A stretch of DNA of 64,000 bases from Candidatus Latescibacterota bacterium (GCA_965204725.1 OZ242005.1:1504001-1568000), one strand, 5' to 3'; counted from the first letter of the stretch, positions 1 to 10,092 are shown. Translations and numbers: made by a program. Notes: generated from the letters alone by a model not told the origin.

Positions 1-2
1 TG

Positions 3-2006
3 CGGCCGGCCGCGCTGTGCGCCGGGCTTTGCTACGCCCTGAGCGGGTACATGGTCGTGCGAGCTATGTCGCCCAACTTCATCGACGTATGCGCTTGGTT
101 GCCGCTGCTGTTTTGGCTCGTCGATCGCATCCTGAACCGGGGGCACTTTTTTTACGCGCTGCTCTTTGCCTTGGTGCTGGGCTTGCAACTGCTGGCCGGT
201 CATCCCCAAGCCGCCCTGTACGGGGCGGTTGCCGTGGCCGGCTACTGGCTTTATCGGAGCGGAGTTCAGGGCGTGGGATGGATCGCTTGGCCGGTGCTGG
301 TCGGCGCGTGTGCGCTGGGGGTGGCTCTAGCCGCGGTCCAGCTCGGACCGACCGCCGAATTGGTGCAGCTATCCAATCGCGGGACCGGCCTGTCGTGGAC
401 CGGCTTTGTCGCGATGTCGCTGCCGCCCGAACGGCTGGCCACCTTGTTGTGGCCCAACCTCTTCGGCAATTCGGCGCACGGCACGTACGGAAGCCGGGAG
501 GTGGGCTTTTTCATTCAGCTCTGCGCCTACGTCGGCGTGGTGCCCCTGTTCTTGGCGTGGGCGGCCCTGCGCGAGCGGCGGGACGGCCAAGTCGGTTTTT
601 TTGCCGTGCTCGCCCTCGCTGGGTTGGTGCTCGCCTTGGGCCAGTACACGGCCATTTTCTCGGTTTTTTACCAGATTCCGGGGTTTAGCCTGTTCCGCAT
701 CCCGACGCGCTTTTTGTTGTGGTTTGCCGTGGGGGCCTCTGTGCTGTGCGGCCTCGGCCTCGACCAAGTGTTGCGCGGCCAGCGGCACCGGCCCGCCAAC
801 GGCTGGCTGTTGGCCGCCATCCTCGGCGTGGCCAGCGTCGGCCTGCTGTGGGCCAGCGAGGTCGCGCTCTTTGGCGACGGTTCAGAACCAACGCGCTACA
901 TCCACCACTTGCGCGGCGACGGCTTGCGGCTCGTCGGGGCGTTGGTCATCGGCGCGTGGCTGCTCGGCCGACGGGCGCGGCGCGTTGCGGCATGGGCTGC
1001 GCCCGTGGTCGTTTTTGCCGAGCTGTACAGCTTTGGCGCGGATTTTAACGGCACCATCGATCCAGCCGCGTACACTGAGACCCCGGCAACGGCCCGCCAG
1101 ATTTTGGCCGACCATCAGGCGGTTGCGCCGCCGCGGATCGTCGGTTTGGTCTCCGAGCGGAATTCGCCGTTTGACTGGCACGGGGGATGGGCCTACGACT
1201 TGGCGTCCTATCGGCGTTATAACGAGACCTTGCGGATGTATTCGGGGGGGCTGTACGGAGTGGCCAACGCCCTGCCGGGATGGAGCCCGCTGCACCTGTA
1301 TCGCCACGGGGAATTTGCTCGCGGCTATCCGGCCTTTGCCGCCTTAGCCGGCGTGGAATATGCGGTGCGCTCCGGCCGCGACGGGGACATTGACGTGCAG
1401 CGTTTGCCCACGGCCTTGCCTCGCGCCTATATGGTGGGCCAATTCTACCTCGCCCCGAGTCCGCCGGCCGGGTTGAGGTATATGGCCCGCGGGTTTGCCA
1501 TGCGGCGTGAAGTGGTCTTGGAGGAAGCGCCGACCGCCTCGATTGGGCCGGGCGGCGCGGCCCAGATCACCCGCTACGAGGACGAAGAAGTCGCCGTGGC
1601 TCTCGCCGACTCGGTCGGCGGAATTTTGGTCTTGAGCGATACCTACTATCCGGGCTGGCGGGCCTTTGTCGATGGGGTTGAACGCCCGATTCTTCGCGCC
1701 AATCACGTGTTCCGCGCCGTAGAGGTCGCAGCCGGAGCAAGAGAGGTGATCTTTTTGTACGAGCCGGATAGTTTCCGCTATGGCTTGCTGGTCAGCGTGG
1801 CCGCGGTTGGGCTTTGGTTGGGGTTGGCTTGGGGCGGCCGGCGGTGGGCCTTTCGGCCGGTGGCGAATATGCCGGCCGACGCCGGCGGGCCATGGAAGGT
1901 TCGGGCTGCGCTGGGGGCCTTGATCGTCGTGCTCCACGCCATAGCCACGCAAGGGCCTTTGTGGAGCGGGTGGCTCGACCGCCTGCGGCTAGGGGTGGGG
2001 GCGTGA
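3..2006 (+). CDS. YfhO-family multi-pass membrane protein (GT-C-like), 5'-truncated by the window edge
   Basis: Frame is open from nt 3 (RPAALCAGLCYALSGYMVVR). Many TM segments, 'GHPQ' and 'FRIPTRF' motifs, and a C-terminal 'LVLSDTYYPGWRAFVDG..PILRANHVFRAV' segment typical of YfhO. Confidence 0.8.
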   Translation, partial: RPAALCAGLCYALSGYMVVRAMSPNFIDVCAWLPLLFWLVDRILNRGHFFYALLFALVLGLQLLAGHPQAALYGAVAVAGYWLYRSGVQGVGWIAWPVLVGACALGVALAAVQLGPTAELVQLSNRGTGLSWTGFVAMSLPPERLATLLWPNLFGNSAHGTYGSREVGFFIQLCAYVGVVPLFLAWAALRERRDGQVGFFAVLALAGLVLALGQYTAIFSVFYQIPGFSLFRIPTRFLLWFAVGASVLCGLGLDQVLRGQRHRPANGWLLAAILGVASVGLLWASEVALFGDGSEPTRYIHHLRGDGLRLVGALVIGAWLLGRRARRVAAWAAPVVVFAELYSFGADFNGTIDPAAYTETPATARQILADHQAVAPPRIVGLVSERNSPFDWHGGWAYDLASYRRYNETLRMYSGGLYGVANALPGWSPLHLYRHGEFARGYPAFAALAGVEYAVRSGRDGDIDVQRLPTALPRAYMVGQFYLAPSPPAGLRYMARGFAMRREVVLEEAPTASIGPGGAAQITRYEDEEVAVALADSVGGILVLSDTYYPGWRAFVDGVERPILRANHVFRAVEVAAGAREVIFLYEPDSFRYGLLVSVAAVGLWLGLAWGGRRWAFRPVANMPADAGGPWKVRAALGALIVVLHAIATQGPLWSGWLDRLRLGVGA

Positions 2007-3835
2007 CGGCCGGGATCATCGGGCTGGCCGCTGGGGTGACCGCGCTCGCGATCTACGGCGTGACCCTGTGCCCGACCGTGTACGTGGAGGGGAGCGGCGA
2101 GTTGATCGGCGCGGCCTACCGATTGGGGACGGCGCATCCGACCGGGTATCCCTTGTTCTGCCTCGGCAGCCGCTTGCTCGCCTCGGCGCTGCCGTGGGTC
2201 GGTCCGGCCGTGGCAATCAATGCTGCGTCGGCTCTGTTTGCCGCCGCCTGTTGCGGGGCTTTGGCGGCCGTGCTCTACGGGCGCGGGGTGCGGCCCGTGG
2301 TCGCCTTGGCCGCGGCCTTGGTGCTGGCGTTTTCGCGCACCTTTTGGGCCCAAGCCGTCATCGCCGAGGTCTATGGCTTGGCTTTGTTGCTGGTGGTCTT
2401 GGTGTTGGTCCAAGCTCTGCGAGCGTGCGAGCGCACGGAGCCGCGCCAAGTGCTCCTCTTGGGCTGGCTCATGGGCTTGGGGCTGACGGCCCACTTGATG
2501 CAGGCGCTCGTGTGGCCGGGCGTGGTCGCGGTCTTGGCTTGGCGCTGGCCCGCGCTTTGGCGTCGGCCCCTGTTGCTGGCGCAGGGGATGCTTGCGGCCT
2601 TGGGGGGGTACAGCTTGGTGGCGTACCTGCCGCTGCGCAATGGCCAAGGCACGGGGTTTCATTGGGGGCCGCTCGGCGACTTTGCGGCCCTGTGGCAGCA
2701 CTTGAGTGGCGCGCTGTATCGCTCGTCGTTTTTTTCGCTGCCCGTCGAGGGGATGCTGCTCAACGCCCAGCGTTGGCTGGTGCAGGTAGCGGGCGAGTTC
2801 CACCCGGCGTTGCTGCCGTTGGTCGCTTGGGGCGGGTGGGCGGCTTGGCGGCGCGATCGCAGTGCCTTCGTTTTGGCTGGGGGGGCCATCGTTTGCAATT
2901 TGATTGCCGCGCTCAACTACCACCGCGATCCCAATGGCCTGCCGGTGTTTTACCTGCTCAGCATCGTGGGATTAGCCCTCTGGTTGGGCATGGGGTTGGA
3001 CGAGTTGGCTAGGCGGGTGCGGCCGGCGATCGCGGTGCCAATCGCCGCGCTCGTGGTCGCCTTGGTCCTCGTCGCGCACTACAAAGAATCCGACCGCAGC
3101 AAAAATTGGGTCGCCGACCGCTATGGTCGCGACATTCTCGCCGATTTGCCGACGGGCGCGATCCTGATTACCGAGGGAGACGATGCGTCTTTTGTGCTCG
3201 ACTACCTGTTGCGGATAGAAGGGTTGCGCCCGGATGTAACCCTGTACAACCGCATGGGACGGGGGACGGATGTACTCGCTTGGAGCGAACACGCGCTGCC
3301 GCTAAGGCCAGATCGGCGGCGCTGGCGGCGCGAGGCCGCATTGGCGCGAGGCGACCGCCCGCTGTTCTATTTTGTTCCGCGTCGCTCGCCGATTGCGGGA
3401 TGGGTCTTTGTGCCGACGGGCTTGGTTTATCGCCTACAAGCACCCGGCGACCGTCTTGGGGCTGCCTCGCCGGTCGAGATGGGCAATGCGTTGGCCACGG
3501 GCTTTTTCCGCGATCCTTGGGTGCGAAAAATTCAGAGCAATTACTATTTTATGGCCGGGGAGGAGCGCCTGTGGGCTGGGGACCGGGCCGGGGCGGCGGC
3601 CGCGTATGAGCAGGCCGCGGCCCTTGCTTTTGACTCGCGCACTGCGCGCTTTAACGTGGCGCTTAAATTGTTTGAAGTCGGCGAATTGGATCGCGCCATG
3701 GACCATGCGGCGGCGGCCGCCGCCATTGACCCTTGGCGGCCTACCCCTTATCGCTTGATGGCGCGCATCGAGCGCGAACAGGGGCACTACGACGAGGCGC
3801 GCCGCTGGAATGAAAAGGCGAGCGAGTTGCAGTGA
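2003..3835 (+). CDS. DUF2723/TMEM260-like membrane glycosyltransferase with C-terminal TPRs
   Basis: GTG overlaps the upstream TGA (GTGA). Motifs 'TLCPTV..EGSGEL...AY.LG.AHPTGYPL', 'FWAQAVIAEVY', 'YLPLR', 'ITEGDD', followed by TPR-like helices. Confidence 0.8.
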   Translation: MTAGIIGLAAGVTALAIYGVTLCPTVYVEGSGELIGAAYRLGTAHPTGYPLFCLGSRLLASALPWVGPAVAINAASALFAAACCGALAAVLYGRGVRPVVALAAALVLAFSRTFWAQAVIAEVYGLALLLVVLVLVQALRACERTEPRQVLLLGWLMGLGLTAHLMQALVWPGVVAVLAWRWPALWRRPLLLAQGMLAALGGYSLVAYLPLRNGQGTGFHWGPLGDFAALWQHLSGALYRSSFFSLPVEGMLLNAQRWLVQVAGEFHPALLPLVAWGGWAAWRRDRSAFVLAGGAIVCNLIAALNYHRDPNGLPVFYLLSIVGLALWLGMGLDELARRVRPAIAVPIAALVVALVLVAHYKESDRSKNWVADRYGRDILADLPTGAILITEGDDASFVLDYLLRIEGLRPDVTLYNRMGRGTDVLAWSEHALPLRPDRRRWRREAALARGDRPLFYFVPRRSPIAGWVFVPTGLVYRLQAPGDRLGAASPVEMGNALATGFFRDPWVRKIQSNYYFMAGEERLWAGDRAGAAAAYEQAAALAFDSRTARFNVALKLFEVGELDRAMDHAAAAAAIDPWRPTPYRLMARIEREQGHYDEARRWNEKASELQ

Positions 3836-3896
3836 GTGTCTTGACTGGGTTATATGGGCCGTTTTTTGTAGGGCAGGACGCGAACTGTAAAAGGAC

Positions 3897-4127
3897 ATGG
3901 ATATGAAAGACCGCGAGACGCAAATAGGATCGGCCATGCCGCTATTCGGCGAGGTCGCGTCCGCTCCGCGTGCTCCCTACAGCGGCCCGGCCCGGGCGGC
4001 GCTGCACCAGCGGTTTGCCGGTCGGCTGCAAGTCAACCCGCAACTGAGCCGCAAGAAGGAAGGGTGGGACCGATTCGCGCAAGAGTTGTTCCACCACAAG
4101 CTGCGGCTGCTGCCATGGAAAAGTTAA
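3897..4127 (+). pseudogene. 76-aa ORF, possible fused remnant of a restriction-modification locus
   Basis: AAGGA RBS upstream. 'RFAGRLQVNPQLSRK' recalls the N-terminus of some DNA methyltransferases and 'GWDRFAQELFHHKLRL' the C-terminus of their partner endonucleases. From recall only. Confidence 0.3.
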
Positions 4128-4567
4128 ACCGCATACTCGATCCGAATAAGGTCGTCCTAAACCTTGCGGCGCGGCGCAACTTCGACGCCATCCGCGAATT
4201 GGCCGCCGTGCTGTGGCAAGACGCCGTGCCCGCGCCCGAGCAAAAGCGCTTGCTAGCGGCCTTGATCCGGCGGGAGCAACAGGCCTCCACGGGCATTGGC
4301 AAGGGCGTGGCCGTGCCCCATGCCCACGAGGATGCAATCCAGCACCAGCTTTTGGCCATCGGCATCTCGCAGGCCGGCATTGACTTTGACGCGCCCGATG
4401 GCCAGCCCGTCCACATCATCGCGCTGTTGGTCACCCCCCTCAAACACCAAAAACAGCACATGGCCCTGCTGGCGGCCCTGTCGCAGCGCTTGCAGCAAGA
4501 GGAAGTGCGCCAGCGCTTGCTGCAAGCGGCGGATGCGGCCGAGGTCATCGATATTTTCACGGGCTGA
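4115..4567 (+). CDS. PTS system IIA component (fructose/Ntr-type EIIA-2 domain)
   Basis: 'RREQQASTGIGKGVAVPHA' phospho-His motif and 'GIDFDAPDGQPVHII'. Confidence 0.9.
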   Translation: MEKLNRILDPNKVVLNLAARRNFDAIRELAAVLWQDAVPAPEQKRLLAALIRREQQASTGIGKGVAVPHAHEDAIQHQLLAIGISQAGIDFDAPDGQPVHIIALLVTPLKHQKQHMALLAALSQRLQQEEVRQRLLQAADAAEVIDIFTG

Positions 4568-4581
4568 GTGCCGCGCAAATC

Positions 4582-6657
4582 ATGGTTCCAGAATTTGCCA
4601 AGGCGGTGCATGCCCCCCTATTCGAGCGGCACACTTGCTTTCTTGCAGGGCCGCTCGTAGCCGGGCAGCGGCAGGCCCTGATCGAACGGCTGCGGGTCTT
4701 GCTGGCCGCCGAGGTGCCCGGGTACGCGATCTTGGTGCTGTTGCCCGACCGGGCGACCGTGCAGTGCTTCCGCCAAGCCGTAGATCGGCTCGACGTAGGG
4801 CCGTACAGCACTGTTGATCTACAGACGTACTACGGGCTGGCGAGTCGGTTGGTGCGGCTGTTTTGGCCGCTGGTAGCGGGCCAGGCTGGCTTTGCCGCGC
4901 CGGAGCGGCCGCCGGTTTTCCTCAACTACGAGGCCGCCCAATACCTGATGGGGCAGGTGGTTGAGCCGCTGCTCGCCGAGGGCTATTTCGAGGGCCTGCA
5001 CCTGCGGCCCCAGCGCATTCTCTCCCAACTGCTCGACAACCTAAACAAGGCCGCCGTAGCGGATTTCGCGCTCGCCGAGGTGGCGCCGCGCCTGAGCCGC
5101 GCTTGGGCCGGGGCCGAGCAGCGGCTGCGCGTGCATGAGCAGGTGCAGACGTGCATCGAACGCTACCGCAGCCACTGCCTGCGGCACGAGTTGCTCGACG
5201 CCTCGCTGGTCTTTGAGGTGTGCAACCGCCACCTCATCGCGCACGAGGACTTCTGGCGCTACTTCACCGAGCGCTATCGCCATGTCTTGATCGACTCGGC
5301 CGAGGAACTGGTGCCGGTGGCCGGCGACTTGGTGGGGCGGCTCTTGCCGCAGTGCGACTCGGCCCTGTTGGGCGGGGACGCGCAGGCCGGCTTCCGCATC
5401 TTCTTGGGGGTGGACGCGCCGGGCGCGGCCCAGCTTCAGCAGCAGTGCGCGGAGACGATTGCCGTAGAGTCGGAAGCGTGTGCGGCCCGAGATATGGTGG
5501 CCTTTGCCGACCGCGTGGGCGCGAAGTTGGGCCAAGCCACCCCCGAGGCCTCGGGCGGGTCGCCGCGGCGGGCCGTGGCAGAGGTGGTGCAGACCCGCTA
5601 CCGAGGGCAGATGATCGAGGCCGTAGCCCAGCGGATCGTCCAGAAGATCGCCGAGGGCGTGGCCCCGGGCGAAATCGCAGTGGTGGCCCCCCACGCCGAT
5701 GGGGTGTTGCGCTTCCTCTTGGCTGAGACCTTTCGCGCCGCCGACATTCCCTTTGCCATTGTGCGGCGCTACGAGACATTGCGCGAGGAGCCGGTGGTGC
5801 GAGCTTGTCTGGCGCTGGCCGTGCTCGCCCATCCCGATTGGGGCCAGCGGCTCTCGCTCTTCGATTTGTCCGGGGCGTTCGAGCGGGCACTCAAGCCCCT
5901 CGACTGGCTGCGGGCCGAGCTAATGGCGCGGCACTTGTACGATCCGCGCTCGGGCCAGCTCAAACCGGCCAGCGAGTTAAATGCCGCGCTGAGCGAGCGG
6001 CTAGGCCGTGCGGCACTGGCTCGCTACGAGGCCCTACGCGCTTGGATTGAGGCGTATCGCCGCGGCGCGGCCGACCCTTGGGATCACTTTTTGCGCCGGC
6101 TCTTCGGGGAGGTGTTGTCGCACGCCGCGCTGGCGCCCGAAGACGCCGAGGTGTATAGCAAGCTGATCGCCTCGGCAGCCTCGTTCCGCGCGGTGGCCCC
6201 GGCGTTGGGGCTAGCAGGCGCGGCCATTGGTCAACGCTACGTCGAGATGATAGGGGCCGGGGTCGTCGCGGCCCAATACCTGACCGATGTCGATCTCGAC
6301 GAGGCCCCAGAATCCATTGCCCTCGTCGCGCCGGTCTATACCTATTTGCTCTCCGGCCACGTGGCGCGCTACCAGTTCTGGCTCGACATTGGCGCGGCCA
6401 CTTGGTGGGAGCCGCTGCACCAGCCCTTGACCAATCACTACGTGCTGACCCGACGCTGGAACCCAGAGGAGCGCTGGACTGATGCGGTGGATTACTCAAT
6501 TCGCAACCGCAACCTCTATCGCTTGGTGCGGGGCCTGTGCCTGCGCTGCCGCGACGGGATTTATCTCTGTACCAGCGAGTCGGAAGCCCGGGGTGCGGCG
6601 CAGGACGGGCCGCTGATGATGGCGGTGCAACAGGTCTTGCAGGAGGAGCGGGGGTGA
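4582..6657 (+). CDS. Degenerate (probably ATPase-inactive) UvrD/SF1-like helicase subunit
   Basis: SF1-like layout with eroded Walker A ('AGPLVAGQRQ') and Walker B ('LIDSAEE'), plus 'PGEIAVVAP'. Translationally coupled to the next helicase. Confidence 0.65.
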   Translation: MVPEFAKAVHAPLFERHTCFLAGPLVAGQRQALIERLRVLLAAEVPGYAILVLLPDRATVQCFRQAVDRLDVGPYSTVDLQTYYGLASRLVRLFWPLVAGQAGFAAPERPPVFLNYEAAQYLMGQVVEPLLAEGYFEGLHLRPQRILSQLLDNLNKAAVADFALAEVAPRLSRAWAGAEQRLRVHEQVQTCIERYRSHCLRHELLDASLVFEVCNRHLIAHEDFWRYFTERYRHVLIDSAEELVPVAGDLVGRLLPQCDSALLGGDAQAGFRIFLGVDAPGAAQLQQQCAETIAVESEACAARDMVAFADRVGAKLGQATPEASGGSPRRAVAEVVQTRYRGQMIEAVAQRIVQKIAEGVAPGEIAVVAPHADGVLRFLLAETFRAADIPFAIVRRYETLREEPVVRACLALAVLAHPDWGQRLSLFDLSGAFERALKPLDWLRAELMARHLYDPRSGQLKPASELNAALSERLGRAALARYEALRAWIEAYRRGAADPWDHFLRRLFGEVLSHAALAPEDAEVYSKLIASAASFRAVAPALGLAGAAIGQRYVEMIGAGVVAAQYLTDVDLDEAPESIALVAPVYTYLLSGHVARYQFWLDIGAATWWEPLHQPLTNHYVLTRRWNPEERWTDAVDYSIRNRNLYRLVRGLCLRCRDGIYLCTSESEARGAAQDGPLMMAVQQVLQEERG

Positions 6658-8870
6658 GGTTTGAGCCGCGCGCCGGCCAGCGCGAAATTTTGGCCTATCG
6701 CGGCGGCCTGCTGGGCGTGTCGGCCGTGCCCGGCAGCGGCAAGACGGCGACGATTGTGGCCTTGGCGACTCGGCTGATCGCCGAACGAGCCACCGCCGGG
6801 GGGCAGGTGCTGATTGTGACCTACCAAAACGCGGCCGTTGACCACATCCGCGCCCAGATCGGCCAGCGCCTACAAGCACTGGACATGCTCCAAGTGGGGT
6901 ACGACGTGCGGACCTTGCACAGCTTGGCCTACGGCATCGTCCAAGCCAATCCCGGGCTGGTGGGAGCCGCGGCCGAATTTGTGGTCCTCGACGAGCGCGC
7001 CAGCGACAGCTTGCTCGACAAGGCGGTGCGGGCTTGGAGCGACGACAACAAGGGGGTGTGGGGCCGATTGGGGCCGGGGGAATACGTGGATCAGCAGTGG
7101 GAGCAGGAGTGGCGCGCCATTGCGCGGAAAGTGGCGCGCACGGTCATCACCACCGCGAAAAACCGCCGGCTGCGGGCCGACGACCTCCTAGCGCGGCTGG
7201 GCGGCCGGGAGGACGGCGACCCGTTTTTGCGGATCGGCGCGGAAATCTACCGGCTCTATCAGCAGCAAGTCGAGACCATTGGCGGCCTCGATTTCGACGA
7301 TTTGGTGTGGATGGCCGTAGAGCTGTTGCAGCAGCACCCGGATTTGGGCGACCGCTACCGGCGGCGTTGGCCCTTTGTCTTGGAGGACGAGGCGCAAGAC
7401 AGCGTCCCCTTGCAGGAGGAGCTCATCGCGCTGTTGGTGGGGCCGAGCGGCAATTGGATCCGGGTCGGCGATCCCAATCAGGCGATTATGAGCACCTTTA
7501 CGGCGGCCGATCCCGGGTATTTGCGCCGCTTCTTGGATCGCGCAGACGTGGCGGTCGCGGAGATGACGATCTCCGGTCGCTGCGCCCCCCAGATCATGGA
7601 TTTGGCCAATTTTTTAGTTGAGTGGGCCGCGGTTGAACACCCGCTGGCCGAGGTGCGCCAGCGCGCTTTCCGGCCCCAGCAGATGCAGCCCACCGACCCC
7701 AGCGATCCCCAGCAAAACCCCGCGGACGCCGACAGCGCGATAGGGTTCCGCGAATACAACAACCGCCACGATGAGTTCGACAGCATCACGCGCCGGGCCA
7801 AGGGCTTTGCCGAGTGCCATCCCAACTTGACGGTGGCGGTGCTCGTGCCGACCAACCGCATCGGCTACGATCTGGCCGAGCGCTTGCGCCAAGCCGGAGC
7901 CGACTTCGATGAGGTGCTGCAAAGCCCGCGCTCGGCGCGGCGGGTGGGCGAGGCCCTCTGCGCGGTGCTCGGCTTTCTGGCCGAGCCTTTGCAGCGCAAT
8001 CAGTTGGAGCGCTCGTACCGCGCCTTGGTTGGCTTTTGGCCCGGGCCGAGTGGGCCGGGGAACGAGGAGGCGGTGGCCATGCTGTTGCGCAGTTGCTATC
8101 GGCCCGAAGCCCTGCTCTACCCGGAGGCCGGCCAGCGCATGGAAGCGGCCCTGCCGCCGCTGGACCGCATTGAGCCGCAGGATTTGGAAGCCATCGCCCT
8201 GCTGTGCGGCTATCTGCGGCGCTGGCTGCGGGCGGTCGCGCTGCCCGTCGATCAACTCCTGATGACGGTGGCCCAAGATCTACTCGTAGAGGAAGGGGAT
8301 ATGGCGCGGGCGCAGCAGTTGGCGGTTTATGTGCGCACTCGCGCCGACCAAAATACGGATTGGCAGTTGCCCGAGTTGGTGCGCGAGTTGAGCGAAGCCG
8401 TGCAAGGCCGGGCGGGCGCGTTCGCCGAGCCAGAAGATGGAGTGGCGCCGCAGCCTGGGCGGATTTTTCTGACGACTATGCACAAGGCCAAGGGGATGGA
8501 GTGGGATCTGGTCTATGTCATGGGGGTTGACGGCGATTGGTTTCCCCACGACCTCGACGCGCGGTTTTTGGGCGAGTACGAGTTTTTGGGCGGCGATCCC
8601 TGCGAGGATGCGCGGGCCGAGCTATTGGACCTAATTGGCGAAATCGGCTCGAGCCGGCTGTCGGCCACCGAGCGTTCCCACGCCGAGGTAATCGCCGAGC
8701 GGCTGAGGCTGCTCTACGTGGCCATCACCCGGGCGCGGCGTTATTTGGTCTTGAGTTGGAGCCGCCAAATTCCGCGGGCTATGCGGACGCAGGCCGTGCC
8801 CATGGCCGAGGTGTTCGGCCAGTTGCAGCGCTATTGCGAGCTACAGAGCCGACCGCGAAATTCACAGTGA
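6654..8870 (+). CDS. ATP-dependent SF1 (UvrD/AdnB-like) DNA helicase
   Basis: GTGA overlap start. Motifs AVPGSGKT, TLHS, LEDEAQD, VGDPNQAI, TMHKAKGMEWD, RLLYVAITRA. Confidence 0.9.
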   Translation: MRFEPRAGQREILAYRGGLLGVSAVPGSGKTATIVALATRLIAERATAGGQVLIVTYQNAAVDHIRAQIGQRLQALDMLQVGYDVRTLHSLAYGIVQANPGLVGAAAEFVVLDERASDSLLDKAVRAWSDDNKGVWGRLGPGEYVDQQWEQEWRAIARKVARTVITTAKNRRLRADDLLARLGGREDGDPFLRIGAEIYRLYQQQVETIGGLDFDDLVWMAVELLQQHPDLGDRYRRRWPFVLEDEAQDSVPLQEELIALLVGPSGNWIRVGDPNQAIMSTFTAADPGYLRRFLDRADVAVAEMTISGRCAPQIMDLANFLVEWAAVEHPLAEVRQRAFRPQQMQPTDPSDPQQNPADADSAIGFREYNNRHDEFDSITRRAKGFAECHPNLTVAVLVPTNRIGYDLAERLRQAGADFDEVLQSPRSARRVGEALCAVLGFLAEPLQRNQLERSYRALVGFWPGPSGPGNEEAVAMLLRSCYRPEALLYPEAGQRMEAALPPLDRIEPQDLEAIALLCGYLRRWLRAVALPVDQLLMTVAQDLLVEEGDMARAQQLAVYVRTRADQNTDWQLPELVRELSEAVQGRAGAFAEPEDGVAPQPGRIFLTTMHKAKGMEWDLVYVMGVDGDWFPHDLDARFLGEYEFLGGDPCEDARAELLDLIGEIGSSRLSATERSHAEVIAERLRLLYVAITRARRYLVLSWSRQIPRAMRTQAVPMAEVFGQLQRYCELQSRPRNSQ

Positions 8871-8901
8871 GGCCCGGTTTCTGCTTATTGAGGAGGCCAA
8901 G

Positions 8902-9516
8902 ATGGACAAGGTTTTTATCTATTGGGACGACTCCAACATTTTTATCAGTGCTCAGCAAGTGGCCATTGACCGCGAAGGCGAAGCCGTGCGCTCGCGGGTG
9001 CGGATTCACTTTCGGAATTTGCTGGAATTGGCGCGGGCCGGGCGAGAAATTGAGCATGCGGTCGCCGTTGGCTCCATTCCGCCGGAATTGCGGCACGTCT
9101 GGAATCGCTTGGAGAACGAAGGCGTCACCGTCCACTTGCTGGAACGCGGTGCCATGCAGGGGCGGGAACAGGGCGTGGACCAAGTGTTGCAAACCGCGAT
9201 GCTGCGCGATGGGGTCGATTACAACGGAGAGCCGGGTATTGCGGTGCTACTCACCGGGGACGGGGCGGGCTTTGACGATGGCGTCGGCTTTCATGCGGAC
9301 TTGGAGCGCATGCGGCGGCGCGGCTGGCGCATTGAAGTGGTGTCGTGGCGTCATAGCTGCAATCGCCGGATGCGGGAATGGGCCGAGGAGAACGGCCAAT
9401 TTATCGCGTTGGACGATTTCTACGACAGCGTAACTTTTCTCGAGCGGCCCGCCCCCGGCGAACCCGTTGCGGCCCCGCGCTACGCGGTCCCGGTTGACCT
9501 CAACCGACGCCGATGA
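8902..9516 (+). CDS. NYN (LabA/DUF88, PIN-like) domain ribonuclease
   Basis: GAGGAGG RBS. Acidic motifs 'IYWDDSN', 'EQGVD', 'LLTGDG..F'. Confidence 0.85.
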   Translation: MDKVFIYWDDSNIFISAQQVAIDREGEAVRSRVRIHFRNLLELARAGREIEHAVAVGSIPPELRHVWNRLENEGVTVHLLERGAMQGREQGVDQVLQTAMLRDGVDYNGEPGIAVLLTGDGAGFDDGVGFHADLERMRRRGWRIEVVSWRHSCNRRMREWAEENGQFIALDDFYDSVTFLERPAPGEPVAAPRYAVPVDLNRRR

Positions 9517-9534
9517 TACCTAGTGAGGCCCAAT

Positions 9535-9729
9535 ATGGCCTTAGATGATCTGGACGCGAAAGCACCCCCGCCGATGCGGAAGATGACGCCGGAGGAGATC
9601 GCTGCGGAGAAGGCGTATTGGCTGGAGATTGGTCGCCAGTTGCGGGCGGAATATCCCTATGATGACGACCATCCACCGTCCAAAGTCTGGCAAGAGGAGC
9701 TATACGATGAGCAGGGGTTGCCGAAATGA
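9535..9729 (+). CDS. Small VapB-like antitoxin (Rv0623-type C-terminus)
   Basis: Ends 'LYDEQGLPK', typical of this VapB group. The stop overlaps an ATG (ATGA) of a short 'MILTNSSA' stub. Confidence 0.5.
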   Translation: MALDDLDAKAPPPMRKMTPEEIAAEKAYWLEIGRQLRAEYPYDDDHPPSKVWQEELYDEQGLPK

Positions 9730-9766
9730 TACTGACAAATTCATCCGCTAACATGAGGACGCGGGC

Positions 9767-10039
9767 ATGTGGAATATGAACGACGTAACGAGAATTCGTT
9801 ATAAGAAAGGCTACGTTTTTCACATTGAGTTCGACAACGGCGTAGCGGGAGACATTGACTTTGCCGAATACCTGAACAAAGGCCCGGTGTTCCTTCCTTT
9901 GCGGGACGAGGAGTTGTTTAGGCAGGCAACCATAGAAGGCGGCACCATCGCTTGGCCCAATGGGGCTGATGTCGCCCCTGAGACGCTATACTCGAACATC
10001 GTTCTCAATCGTTGCAAAAAGCAGGTCACGACGAACTGA
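9767..10039 (+). CDS. DUF2442-family antitoxin-like protein
   Basis: 'FDNG..G.IDF...L.KGPVF.PLRD...F......[17 protein letters not shown]'. Confidence 0.8.
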   Translation: MWNMNDVTRIRYKKGYVFHIEFDNGVAGDIDFAEYLNKGPVFLPLRDEELFRQATIEGGTIAWPNGADVAPETLYSNIVLNRCKKQVTTN

Positions 10040-10092
10040 CGTTACGCAGCTTCCAGCGGAGAGCGTAACATTAGCTGCTAAGATCGGTGCCG

